44,330 nt of DNA from Candidatus Limnocylindrus sp. (GTDB lineage: Bacteria; Chloroflexota; Limnocylindria; Limnocylindrales; Limnocylindraceae), in contig JBBAWP010000005.1 in assembly GCA_040397155.1 (NCBI GenBank), forward strand, positions 1-44,330. The letters run 5' to 3'. The notes beneath the pieces are model-generated. The model saw nothing but the letters and a program-made list of their open reading frames with translations. It did not search any database and was not told the DNA's origin. Position numbers and translations under genes: made by a program. Positions 8,755 through 17,917 of the stretch are shown in pieces (positions within the stretch are counted from its first letter, which is position 1; each line of letters begins with the position of its first letter).

Positions 8755-9957
8755 ATGAAGGTCTTTAACAAGAAGGGCTTCGCAGCCCTTGCAGCAGTTG
8801 CGCTTCTCGCAGCTGCATGCGGTGGAAGCACGACGGAAGGGAAGACGCTGACGATCGGCATCAGCCTTCCGCTCTCGGGCTCCTCGCTCGCGTCCGCCGG
8901 CCCAGCCCGTGACGGCGCACTTCTCGCAATCAAGGAGACGACGATCGAGGGCTACACGCTCGCGACGAAGATCCTTGACCACGCCGTTGACGGTGTCCAC
9001 AATCCGGCTCAGGCCGCGACGGACGTCACGACCCTTGTTGGCGACGAGACCGTCGTTGCAGTGGTCGGCCCGTTCAACAGCTCTTCGGCAAAGGCACAGA
9101 TTCCAGTTTCGTCCGAAGCTGGTCTCGCACAGTGCTCGCCGTCGAACACCAACCCAGACCTCACCAAGGGTGATGCTGGTGCTGCGCTCCGTGGTGGCCG
9201 CCCAGTCAACTACGTTCGCGTAGCTGCAACTGACGACCTCCAGGGACCAGCCGTTGCCGTGTACGCAAAGTCACGCGGCAAGTCGAATGTGTTCATCGTT
9301 GATTCAACAGACACATACGGCAAGGGTATTGCTGACTCGTTCGCAGCTGAGTTCACCGCCGGCGGCGGAACCGTTCTCGGCCGCGAAGGTGCACCAGCAG
9401 GCACGACCGACTTCACCGCAATCGTGACGGCCGCCAAGGCGCTTTCGCCTGACGCGTTCTTCTACGGTGGCGTGACGGCGGACGGCGCTGGACTCTTCCG
9501 CAAGGCCATCGAGCAGGCAGGACTCGGCGATGTTGAGTTCTACGGCGGCGACGGCATCCAGGACGGTTCAGGCGAAGGTTCATACATTGCAATCGCGGGC
9601 GCAGCTGCTGCGAAGAGCTTCAGCTCCGTTGCTGCAATCGAGAACATCCCTGACAAGGCTGGATTCGCAGCGAAGTACGAGGCTGAGTACGGCGAAGCCC
9701 CAGGTGCATACTCTGCATCCGGCTACGCATGTGCACAGGTCATTCTCGAGGCGATCAAGACAGCCGTTGCGGCTGGCGAAGTCACCCGCGAGAGCGTCCG
9801 CGCAGCCTTGACCGACACCGCAACCGTCTACTCGACGGTCCTCGGTGACGTGTCATTCGACGAGAACGGCGACACCTCCCAGAAGATCATCTCCCTCTAT
9901 GAGGTTGTTGATGGCAACTGGACGTTCGTCGAGCAGATCGACTACGCGAACAAGTAA
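8755..9957 (+). CDS. livK: Branched-chain amino acid ABC transporter substrate-binding lipoprotein
   Basis: Lipobox LAAAC; IGISLPLSG, VVGPFNSS, SPSNTNPDLT, RVAATDDLQG, YGKGIAD, FDENGD; RBS AAGGAGG. Confidence 0.9.
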   Translation: MKVFNKKGFAALAAVALLAAACGGSTTEGKTLTIGISLPLSGSSLASAGPARDGALLAIKETTIEGYTLATKILDHAVDGVHNPAQAATDVTTLVGDETVVAVVGPFNSSSAKAQIPVSSEAGLAQCSPSNTNPDLTKGDAGAALRGGRPVNYVRVAATDDLQGPAVAVYAKSRGKSNVFIVDSTDTYGKGIADSFAAEFTAGGGTVLGREGAPAGTTDFTAIVTAAKALSPDAFFYGGVTADGAGLFRKAIEQAGLGDVEFYGGDGIQDGSGEGSYIAIAGAAAAKSFSSVAAIENIPDKAGFAAKYEAEYGEAPGAYSASGYACAQVILEAIKTAVAAGEVTRESVRAALTDTATVYSTVLGDVSFDENGDTSQKIISLYEVVDGNWTFVEQIDYANK

Positions 9958-9962
9958 TTCGT

Positions 9963-10082
9963 AGCGGGGTCTCCCCGCTCGGATCACGAGATCGTGATGG
10001 AGGGCCCCCTTCGCCCGTAAGGGCGGCGGGGGCCCTCCCACAATCACGAAGGGGCAGGTGGAGACCCGCCCACTTCTTGCCC
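9963..10082 (+). other. Multi-hairpin intergenic RNA structure between livK and livH (mRNA stabiliser/attenuator candidate)
   Basis: 11-bp GGAGGGCCCCC/GGGGGCCCTCC stem with a CGCCC-GTAA-GGGCG cap, plus several alternative flanking stems. Confidence 0.6.
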
Positions 10083-10131
10083 TAGGGGCAGTGGACAGGC
10101 AGAATCAATAGATACCTCGCGCAACCTTGAA

Positions 10132-10140
10132 GGGGGGGGG
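10132..10140 (+). repeat. G9 homopolymer forming the livH ribosome-binding site
   Basis: aGGGGGGGGGctcATG. Confidence 0.8.
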
Positions 10141-10143
10141 CTC

Positions 10144-11153
<1,010 letters not shown>

Positions 11154-11157
<4 letters not shown>

Positions 11158-12263
11158 GCGCCCTCACCGCACGGTTCGCCCCACTCCGCGCGCGGTCAAA
11201 CGCCTACTTCGCGCAACATCGCTCACTCGGTGTCCTAGTTGCCGTGATCACCATTGGCGTGGCGCTTCCACTCATCAGCCGCATCCCGCCGTTTGGCGAC
11301 CTGCAGTCCATGAACGCATGGGTGAACGCGTTCACGATTGCAGGGATCTACGCGCTCCTTGCCGTTGGGTTGAACGTGGTGATCGGCTTCGCTGGACTGC
11401 TCGACCTTGGATATGCCGCATTCTTTGCGCTCGGTGGGTACACCTATGCGATCGTGGCGTCACCTTTCTTCGATATCCACCTCCCCTTCTGGCCAATGCT
11501 CATTGTTGGCGCACTCATTGGTGCCATGTTCGGGATCTTCCTTGGTGCACCTACCCTGCGCCTTCGAGGTGACTATCTTGCGATCGTGACCCTCGGGTTC
11601 GGTGAGATTGTCCCGATCGTTCTTCTCAACGCCGACCCGTTCACTGGGGGTACCAACGGACTCGGCGGCGTCGACAAGCCAGTGATCCCAGGGATCCTTG
11701 AGTTCACGCTCATCAACCCCTGGCCGTTCTACGTGTTGATGATGGTGATGATCGCGCTGGTGATGACCGTAGTCTTCCGCCTTCAAGACAGTCGCATTGG
11801 TCGGGCGTGGGATGCGGTACGCGAAGACGAGCTCGCCGCAGAGTCATCTGGCGTGAACACGGTGATTTCTAAACTGCAGGCCTTCGCTGTTGGTGCGGCG
11901 ATTGCCGGCTTCGTCGGCGTCTTCAATGCCGCCAAGCTTACGATTGTTGCCCCAGATCAGTTTAAGTTTGTGGTCTCCATCAGCGCGGTTGCGGCGGTCG
12001 TTCTTGGCGGCATGGGGAACCCAGTTGGAGTTGCGGTCGGCGCGTTCGTGATCTACCTCGTGCAGAGCATCTTCTTGAAGCAGCTGAACACGCTCGTTGA
12101 CAACTTCAATATTCCGGTTCTTCAGGAGATTGACTTCCTTGAGTTCCAGTACGTGCTCTACGGCATTGTGCTGGTGTTGATGATGCTGAAGCGCCCGCAG
12201 GGAATTTTCCCGGCGAAGCGTCGCATCCGCATCTTCAAGGACACTGTTGGGGGCGCCAAGTGA
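11154..12263 (+). CDS. livM: Branched-chain amino acid ABC transporter permease
   Basis: GLNVVIGFAGLLDLGYAAFF, LRLRGDYLAIVTLGFGEI, SRIGRAW.AVREDE.AA, VVLGGMG, RPQGI. Confidence 0.95.
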
Positions 12264-13288
12264 GCGCGGCAAAAGTGGCGCCAGATTTGGTCCTGAAGGC
12301 GACGGCGATCACTCGTCGATTCGGCGGGCTCGTGGCGGTGAGCAAGGTTGACTTTGAGATCCCACGCGGAATGATCGCTGCCATCATTGGCCCGAATGGC
12401 GCGGGTAAGACCACCTTCTTCAACGTCGTTGCTGGCATCTATGCGCCGACGGAAGGTCACATTGAGATCAATGGGAAGCGCCTCATCTCACCGCCAACCG
12501 GCGCGAGCCGCGAACCCGCACTCCTCCTTGCGCCACTCATCCCGTTCATCGGTCTCGCCTTGTACTTCCTCCTCGTGGTTGGTGGGCTGGCAGGCTTCTA
12601 CGAAGGAGTTCTGTCCGTGGTCCTAGCGCTGCTCGGATTTGTCTCCGTGCTCCTGCTCACCATCGTGCGCCCACTCTGGTACGTGCGCTTCATCAAGCGC
12701 TTCGGAATCACGCGCCCCGCACGACCAAACGACATGGTGGAGGCTGGACTCGCTCGAACCTTCCAGAACATCCGCCTCTACAAGAGCATGACTGTGTTGG
12801 AGAACATCCTGGTCGGTGCCCATGTGCACTTGCGGTCAGGATTTCTCGGCACCATCTTCCAGACGAAGCGCACGCGCGAAGAAGAGGCGAACGTTGAACG
12901 TGAGTCACGAGAACTGCTCGCATTCGTTGGCCTCGCCGGTACGGAGAATGAGATTGCGACGAGCCTCCCGTACGGGAAGCAGCGGTTGCTTGAGATCGCC
13001 CGTGCGCTCGCAGGGAAACCGCAGCTCCTCCTCCTCGACGAGCCTGCGGCAGGGATGAACCCGAAGGAGACAGCGGAGATGACTGCGCTGATCCGCAGGA
13101 TTCGAGACGAGAAAAACATCACGATCTTGCTGATCGAACACGACATGCGCGTCGTCATGGGCATCTCTGACCGCATCACCGTGCTTGATCACGGCGAGAA
13201 GATTGCCGAAGGTCAGCCGGCCGAGATCCGCAGCAATCCGAAGGTGATCGAGGCCTATCTCGGCCGCGGCGCCGCGAGTGGGCACTGA
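12260..13288 (+). CDS. livG: Branched-chain amino acid ABC transporter ATPase with an internal hydrophobic insertion of about 77 aa
   Basis: RFGGLVAV, GPNGAGKTT, ARTFQNIRL, LPYG.QR.LEIARAL, LLLDEPAAG, LIEHDM, VIEAYLG. Confidence 0.93.
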   Translation: MSAAKVAPDLVLKATAITRRFGGLVAVSKVDFEIPRGMIAAIIGPNGAGKTTFFNVVAGIYAPTEGHIEINGKRLISPPTGASREPALLLAPLIPFIGLALYFLLVVGGLAGFYEGVLSVVLALLGFVSVLLLTIVRPLWYVRFIKRFGITRPARPNDMVEAGLARTFQNIRLYKSMTVLENILVGAHVHLRSGFLGTIFQTKRTREEEANVERESRELLAFVGLAGTENEIATSLPYGKQRLLEIARALAGKPQLLLLDEPAAGMNPKETAEMTALIRRIRDEKNITILLIEHDMRVVMGISDRITVLDHGEKIAEGQPAEIRSNPKVIEAYLGRGAASGH

Positions 13289-13300
13289 GAGGGGCGTCAG

Positions 13301-14011
13301 ATGGCACTGCTTGAACTAAAGGACGTCCACACGTACTACGGAGCGGTACATGCGCTGCGCGGCGTCTCGTTGAAAGTTGAAGAGGGCGAGATCGTCACGC
13401 TGATCGGCTCCAACGGTGCAGGGAAGACCACCACCCTACGGACGATCTCTGGCCTCCAGCGCGCACGCTCTGGAAGCATCACGCTGAACGGAAAAAGCAT
13501 TGAGGCAGCTCCAGCGCATGAGATTGTGCGACTCGGGATTGGCCACAGCCCAGAGGGTCGTCGCGTTTTCACGCGAATGTCCGTGCGCGAAAATCTAGAG
13601 ATGGGCGCATTCCTGCGCAAGCCGGGCCCCGAGGTCCAGGCAGACTTCAAAAAGATCTTTGACCTCTTCCCGCGCCTCAAGGAGCGAGAGTTCCAGGCGG
13701 CCGGAACCATGTCTGGCGGCGAACAGCAGATGCTGGCAATTGGACGCGCGCTGATGGGCCAGCCGAAAGTGCTTCTGCTTGATGAGCCGTCCATGGGACT
13801 CGCGCCGATTCTTGTGGAGCAGATCTTCGACATCATCAAGGAGATCAACACGCGCGGAACCGCCGTGCTGCTTGTGGAGCAGAACGCCATGATGGCACTC
13901 GGCATCGCGAACCGCGGTTATATCTTGCAAATCGGCGAAGTCACCCTTGAAGATGACTGCAAGAAGCTTGCGAGCAACCCGAAGGTGAAAGAGGCGTACC
14001 TCGGCGTCTAG
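13301..14011 (+). CDS. livF: Branched-chain amino acid ABC transporter ATPase
   Basis: GSNGAGKTT, PEGRRVF, FPRLKER, MSGGEQQMLAIGRALM, DEPSMGLAP, VEQN, EAYLG. Confidence 0.95.
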   Translation: MALLELKDVHTYYGAVHALRGVSLKVEEGEIVTLIGSNGAGKTTTLRTISGLQRARSGSITLNGKSIEAAPAHEIVRLGIGHSPEGRRVFTRMSVRENLEMGAFLRKPGPEVQADFKKIFDLFPRLKEREFQAAGTMSGGEQQMLAIGRALMGQPKVLLLDEPSMGLAPILVEQIFDIIKEINTRGTAVLLVEQNAMMALGIANRGYILQIGEVTLEDDCKKLASNPKVKEAYLGV

Positions 14012-15312
14012 TCGTTGACGCGGAACACGTCCGCACGCTTCAGTCTCTTGAAGAGCTGACCCCCATCACGGCGCTCAGCCAACACCGACGGCATCTTTCC
14101 CGCGGTGAGGCCGAGCAGGCGTTGATGTGATCGGATTGCGCGCGTCAGCCCCTCAAGGTGATGCTGAGGTTTTGTGCGCTTCTCCCACCAGAGCCCGTCA
14201 ATGACCAGCGCACCGCCCGCTCCGTCAACGCCACCCTTCTCGCGGTGGATTTGGATGCGGCCCACGATTGCGTCACCAGCATGGATCGGCATTGTGTACG
14301 GCCCGTAGGTGCGCCTCTTCTCCGGCGTGTAGATCTCCCAGCGATAGTGAAAGTCGTACAGCTGCTCGAGGCGCGCGCGATCGTGAATCAACGGATCGAG
14401 CGGCGAAAGCAGCGTGACCGCATTCGGATCAGCGGCTGCAGTCCGGCTTCCGGTGGTTGCGCGCGCGGCCGCCTCAAGCGCAAAACGTTCGGCCGCGGGG
14501 AGTCGCCAGACTCCTGGCAGCCCCACGATCTCCACTTCCAAGAGCTCCCCTTGCGCAATGAGTCGTTCCACGAGTTGCTTCCGGGTGAGCGGCCAGTCAC
14601 GCGGAACCCATGCCGCGTTGGCTGAGGTGAGACCCATATCGCGATGTCGCGCCAAGAAGGTGTGCGCAATCTGCTCCTCTTCACTGACGCGTCGCTCCAG
14701 CACATTGCGGGGGAGGAGTCGCTCGGGGAGGTCGAACCAGCGAATGGAGCCTTCGCGTCGGGCAAGGTAGAGCTCGCCAGAGTTTGCGAGCATCTCGAGC
14801 GCCGCGCGATACGCGGGGGTTGGCCCCCATGACCAGTCGACCAGCTTTGACGGACCAAAGTCACTCGCGCTGAGGGCGCCTTCGCTGGTGATGCGCGACA
14901 TGATCGTCTCCGCCCACGGCTTTAGCTTCTTGTAGGTGCCGTCACTCCAGAAGCGCTCACGTCGTCTATCTGCTGGACGGCGGTAGTACGGCAGTTCACT
15001 CGTGGGGATGATCACGAGCACGCCGTTGTACTGCTCAATCAGCGCGCGCTTCGCCGGCACGCTCGCGTAGAGCAGCTCGTCGACCCAGCGCGGCTCAAAG
15101 CCATCAATGCGCGCATGACAGACCAGTTCGTGGCTGCGGCCAGCGAGATCAACAGGATCAAACTGTAGCGAACCGAGTCGCTCAATCAGCGCAAGGACGG
15201 ATCCGCGACTTGCAGGGAGTGAGCGTGGTGGGAGGAGCATGTGTCGCTCGGCGAGAAACCGTCGTGCAGCGGCACGCGTGATCTTCATGGAGGGGGCGTG
15301 GTCACCGCTCAT
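14008..15312 (-). CDS. ycaQ: YcaQ/AlkZ-family (HTH_42) DNA glycosylase, interstrand crosslink repair type
   Basis: Catalytic QxD (LQFDP) with RSH.L..HARI, FDLPER.LP, LLSPLDPLI.DR.R...LYDF.YRWEIYTP..RR.YG.Y. Confidence 0.85.
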   Translation of the reverse strand: MSGDHAPSMKITRAAARRFLAERHMLLPPRSLPASRGSVLALIERLGSLQFDPVDLAGRSHELVCHARIDGFEPRWVDELLYASVPAKRALIEQYNGVLVIIPTSELPYYRRPADRRRERFWSDGTYKKLKPWAETIMSRITSEGALSASDFGPSKLVDWSWGPTPAYRAALEMLANSGELYLARREGSIRWFDLPERLLPRNVLERRVSEEEQIAHTFLARHRDMGLTSANAAWVPRDWPLTRKQLVERLIAQGELLEVEIVGLPGVWRLPAAERFALEAAARATTGSRTAAADPNAVTLLSPLDPLIHDRARLEQLYDFHYRWEIYTPEKRRTYGPYTMPIHAGDAIVGRIQIHREKGGVDGAGGALVIDGLWWEKRTKPQHHLEGLTRAIRSHQRLLGLTAGKMPSVLAERRDGGQLFKRLKRADVFRVND

Positions 15313-15836
15313 GACGGACGTTCGCTCACAGAAACCTCACGCGCATGAGCTGCACGAATGAGTGCTTCGTAGGTGATGGGGAAGACATCAAGGTGGGTGC
15401 CGCAGGCGGCCCAGAGTTCACCCCGCGATGAGAGTCCAGCATCCGCGAGAACAATTGGCGCGGCGTATTCAGGCGCTGGCGTGTGTCCAAACGGAGGGAT
15501 GCCGCCAATGACGAAGCCGGTGAACGCACGAGCCTCATCCGCCGTAGCGCGACGAACCTGTTCTTCTTGCGCAAGATTGAGTGCGCGAGTGAGTGCGGTG
15601 AGATCAACGCGATCTGCACCTGACACCAGGCAGAGCACGCCGCGCGTCTCCGCTCCCCCCTCAATGGAGAAGACGAGACTCTTGACGATCTGCCCAACCT
15701 CAACACCGAGCGCGGCCGCTGCTTGTGCCGCGGTGGCGGTGCTCTCCGCCATGGCTTGAGGGTGCACGTCGACCCCGGCGTCGCGGCCCGCCGCTACCAC
15801 TCGCTCGGTGAATGCACGTCGCTTCGCTAGATCCAT
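15309..15836 (-). CDS. YbaK/EbsC-family aminoacyl-tRNA editing (deacylase) protein
   Basis: TAAQAAAALG...GQIVKSLVF, VSGADRVD, TGFVIGGIPPFGH, WAACG. Confidence 0.9.
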   Translation of the reverse strand: MDLAKRRAFTERVVAAGRDAGVDVHPQAMAESTATAAQAAAALGVEVGQIVKSLVFSIEGGAETRGVLCLVSGADRVDLTALTRALNLAQEEQVRRATADEARAFTGFVIGGIPPFGHTPAPEYAAPIVLADAGLSSRGELWAACGTHLDVFPITYEALIRAAHAREVSVSERPS

Positions 15837-15851
15837 GCGTGCATCCTAGCC

Positions 15852-16811
15852 TCAGTGCGCGGTGCCACCCGCCTTGATGGTGCGACTTCGCGCGGTCACC
15901 ATCGCGGCAACCCCAACGACCACGATGCCACCGCCGAGCACGATCTGCGCGGAGATCGGCTCCGCAAGGATCAGCCCACCCGCGATCACGGCAACGACTG
16001 GGTTGACGTAGGCATAGGTTGAGACGAGTCCGAACGGCGCCACGCGGAGGAGCCAGGTGTAGACGTTGTAGGCGAAGAGGCTCCCCACCGTCGTTAGGTA
16101 GAAGAGCGCAAAGAGCACGTCTGGTCCGATCGTCTCAGTCTGGATCTGCGCCGGCTCACCAAGGAGCAGGGCAACGATCGCGCCACCAACGCTCCCCGCA
16201 AGCATTTGGATCGTCACGGCAACGCGAGCATCTGGCGGGGTCGCTGCACGTCGCTGGCTCCAAATTGACCCGCCACCCCAACTCAACGGACTGATGAGGA
16301 TGCAGGCGAGTCCGAGCGGATCGAGCCCTGCACCATCGGTGCGCGGCGAGATAAGGATTGCCACACCCACGATGCCGATCACGATGCCGAAGAGTGTGAG
16401 CGGCGCAATGCGGTCTTTATAGACAACTCTACCGATCAGGGCGACCCAGATGGGGAGGAGGGCGATGAGGAGCGCGGTGATGCCTGATGGGATGGTCTGC
16501 TCGCCGTACGACGTGATCCCAAGGCCCCCAACGTTTAGTGCGAGGCCAACGATCACCTGGTCGCGAATCTGTGCGCGCGTCAAGCTGCGTAGTGCTGGTC
16601 GCGCCACCACGGCGACGATCGCGAGCATCACCGCACCCGCAAGGGCGAAACGGAGCGCAACCATGGTGAACGGGGGGATGGCGCTCCCTGCCGAAGGGTC
16701 AACAACAACGCGGATCGCGAGGTAGGTAGTCCCCCAAACGATGTAGATGGCGAGCATCCCGAGTGCAATGGCAAGCGGGGAGGCCGAGGTTAGGCGCGCA
16801 CTGGAAGACAT
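15852..16811 (-). CDS. EamA/DMT family transporter (YedA-like)
   Basis: IYIVWGTTYLAIR, PPF..ALRFALAG, IPSG..AL, VSTYAYVNPVVAV..G..IL.E; start placed at MSSSARL, 6 nt after a TATCAT -10. Confidence 0.9.
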   Translation of the reverse strand: MSSSARLTSASPLAIALGMLAIYIVWGTTYLAIRVVVDPSAGSAIPPFTMVALRFALAGAVMLAIVAVVARPALRSLTRAQIRDQVIVGLALNVGGLGITSYGEQTIPSGITALLIALLPIWVALIGRVVYKDRIAPLTLFGIVIGIVGVAILISPRTDGAGLDPLGLACILISPLSWGGGSIWSQRRAATPPDARVAVTIQMLAGSVGGAIVALLLGEPAQIQTETIGPDVLFALFYLTTVGSLFAYNVYTWLLRVAPFGLVSTYAYVNPVVAVIAGGLILAEPISAQIVLGGGIVVVGVAAMVTARSRTIKAGGTAH

Positions 16812-16817
16812 GCGCAG

Positions 16818-16843
16818 ATGATACTCGTTTCCTCGCGTATCCT
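16818..16843. promoter_or_regulatory. Back-to-back -10 elements of a compact bidirectional leaderless promoter
   Basis: TATCAT (minus, 16818-16823) and TATCCT (plus, 16838-16843), each exactly 6 nt from its ATG (16811 and 16850). Confidence 0.65.
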
Positions 16844-16849
16844 TCTGCG

Positions 16850-17800
16850 ATGCGTGGCTCACGACTCCCCTGGATTCTCCTCGTCGCGGTCTCCGCATTT
16901 GGCTACGGATCAGGTCCGCTCTTTGCAAAGTGGATCTATCCCACCGGGTTTGATTGGCTCGACCTACTGGCCTGGCGTCACTTCCTCGCCGCGATCTTCC
17001 TTGGCGTGATCGTGCTTGCACTCCCAGCAGGTCGAGCGGCGCTGCGTTCGTTGTCGCCGCGGCGCGCACTCTCCGCGCTCGCAATCGGCGCGCTCTTCGT
17101 TGCGAACGCCTCAACCTACTTTGCGAGCCTGATCTGGATCGACGCCTCCCTCGCCGGACTGATGACGTATGCGTACCCAGCGATCGTTGCAGTCCTCTCC
17201 ATCTTCTTTGCGCATGCACCATCAGGTTTACGACCCTGGGTGGCACTCGGGATCGCCACCACTGGCGTTGCGCTCGGCGTTGGAGGGATCTCCGCGGGGA
17301 AGGAGCCGGCGCTCATCGGACTCATCCTTGGTGTCGCCTCACCCATCATCTACAGCTGCTACATCATCCTCGCCGCTCGTCTCGGCGGAGAATCAAAGCG
17401 CGGCACAGGATCGAGTCGCGGTGGCGGCATTCCGCCGCTTGCTGCGGTCCCACTGAGCCTCGCTGGCACGGCGCTCGGCGTCTTCGCGCTGCGGCTCCTC
17501 GCCGGACGCGACCTGCTTCCGATGCCGATCCCAAGCGATGCGCTCCTCCCAATCATCGGCGTAGCCACCATCGCTGGAATTGTGCCGATCGGTGCCTTCT
17601 ACGCTGGCGCGCAGCGCCTCGGCGCCGCACGCGCGGCGCTCGTCAGCACCGTGGAGCCGATCTTCACGATCGTTGCCGCAGGGCTCATCTTTGGAGAGAG
17701 CCTCACCCTCATCCAGCTCCTAGGTGGCGCCCTGATCTTGGGGGCCGTCCTCGTCGCCGAGTGGGGGGCGATCCGCCCGAGCGCCCCAGCGCGGAAATAA
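16850..17800 (+). CDS. EamA/DMT family transporter
   Basis: About 10 TM helices; LLAWRH, YAYPAIVA, LGAARAALVSTVEP, FGESLT..QLLGGALIL; start MRGSRLPW. Confidence 0.88.
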   Translation: MRGSRLPWILLVAVSAFGYGSGPLFAKWIYPTGFDWLDLLAWRHFLAAIFLGVIVLALPAGRAALRSLSPRRALSALAIGALFVANASTYFASLIWIDASLAGLMTYAYPAIVAVLSIFFAHAPSGLRPWVALGIATTGVALGVGGISAGKEPALIGLILGVASPIIYSCYIILAARLGGESKRGTGSSRGGGIPPLAAVPLSLAGTALGVFALRLLAGRDLLPMPIPSDALLPIIGVATIAGIVPIGAFYAGAQRLGAARAALVSTVEPIFTIVAAGLIFGESLTLIQLLGGALILGAVLVAEWGAIRPSAPARK

Positions 17801-17801
17801 A

Positions 17802-17845
17802 GTTAACGCGCCGTTTACCTGGCGGTAGCAGGCTGTTCACACGTC
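17802..17845 (+). promoter_or_regulatory. Pho-box array (PhoP/PhoB-type 11-nt direct repeats) upstream of pstS
   Basis: GTTAAC (17802), GTTTAC (17813), GGTAGC (17824), GTTCAC (17835) at exact 11-nt spacing; matches the actinobacterial GTTCACC-N4 unit. Confidence 0.75.
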
Positions 17846-17917
17846 CCACGGAGGATGTGCATGCGCCCTCAATTTATGGCGAGCCAGGGGCGCCTCGCCA
17901 AACAGGTAGGAGTGACG

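Noticed and set aside
9963-10082. 6S RNA or tRNA in the livK-livH spacer
   Set aside because: No cloverleaf or TTCGA loop; the rod is much shorter than typical 6S RNA and has no own promoter that I could see.
16812-17246. N-terminal extension of the minus-strand DMT ORF (464-aa call)
   Set aside because: Overlaps the divergent gene; homology and the -10 element indicate a start at 16811.
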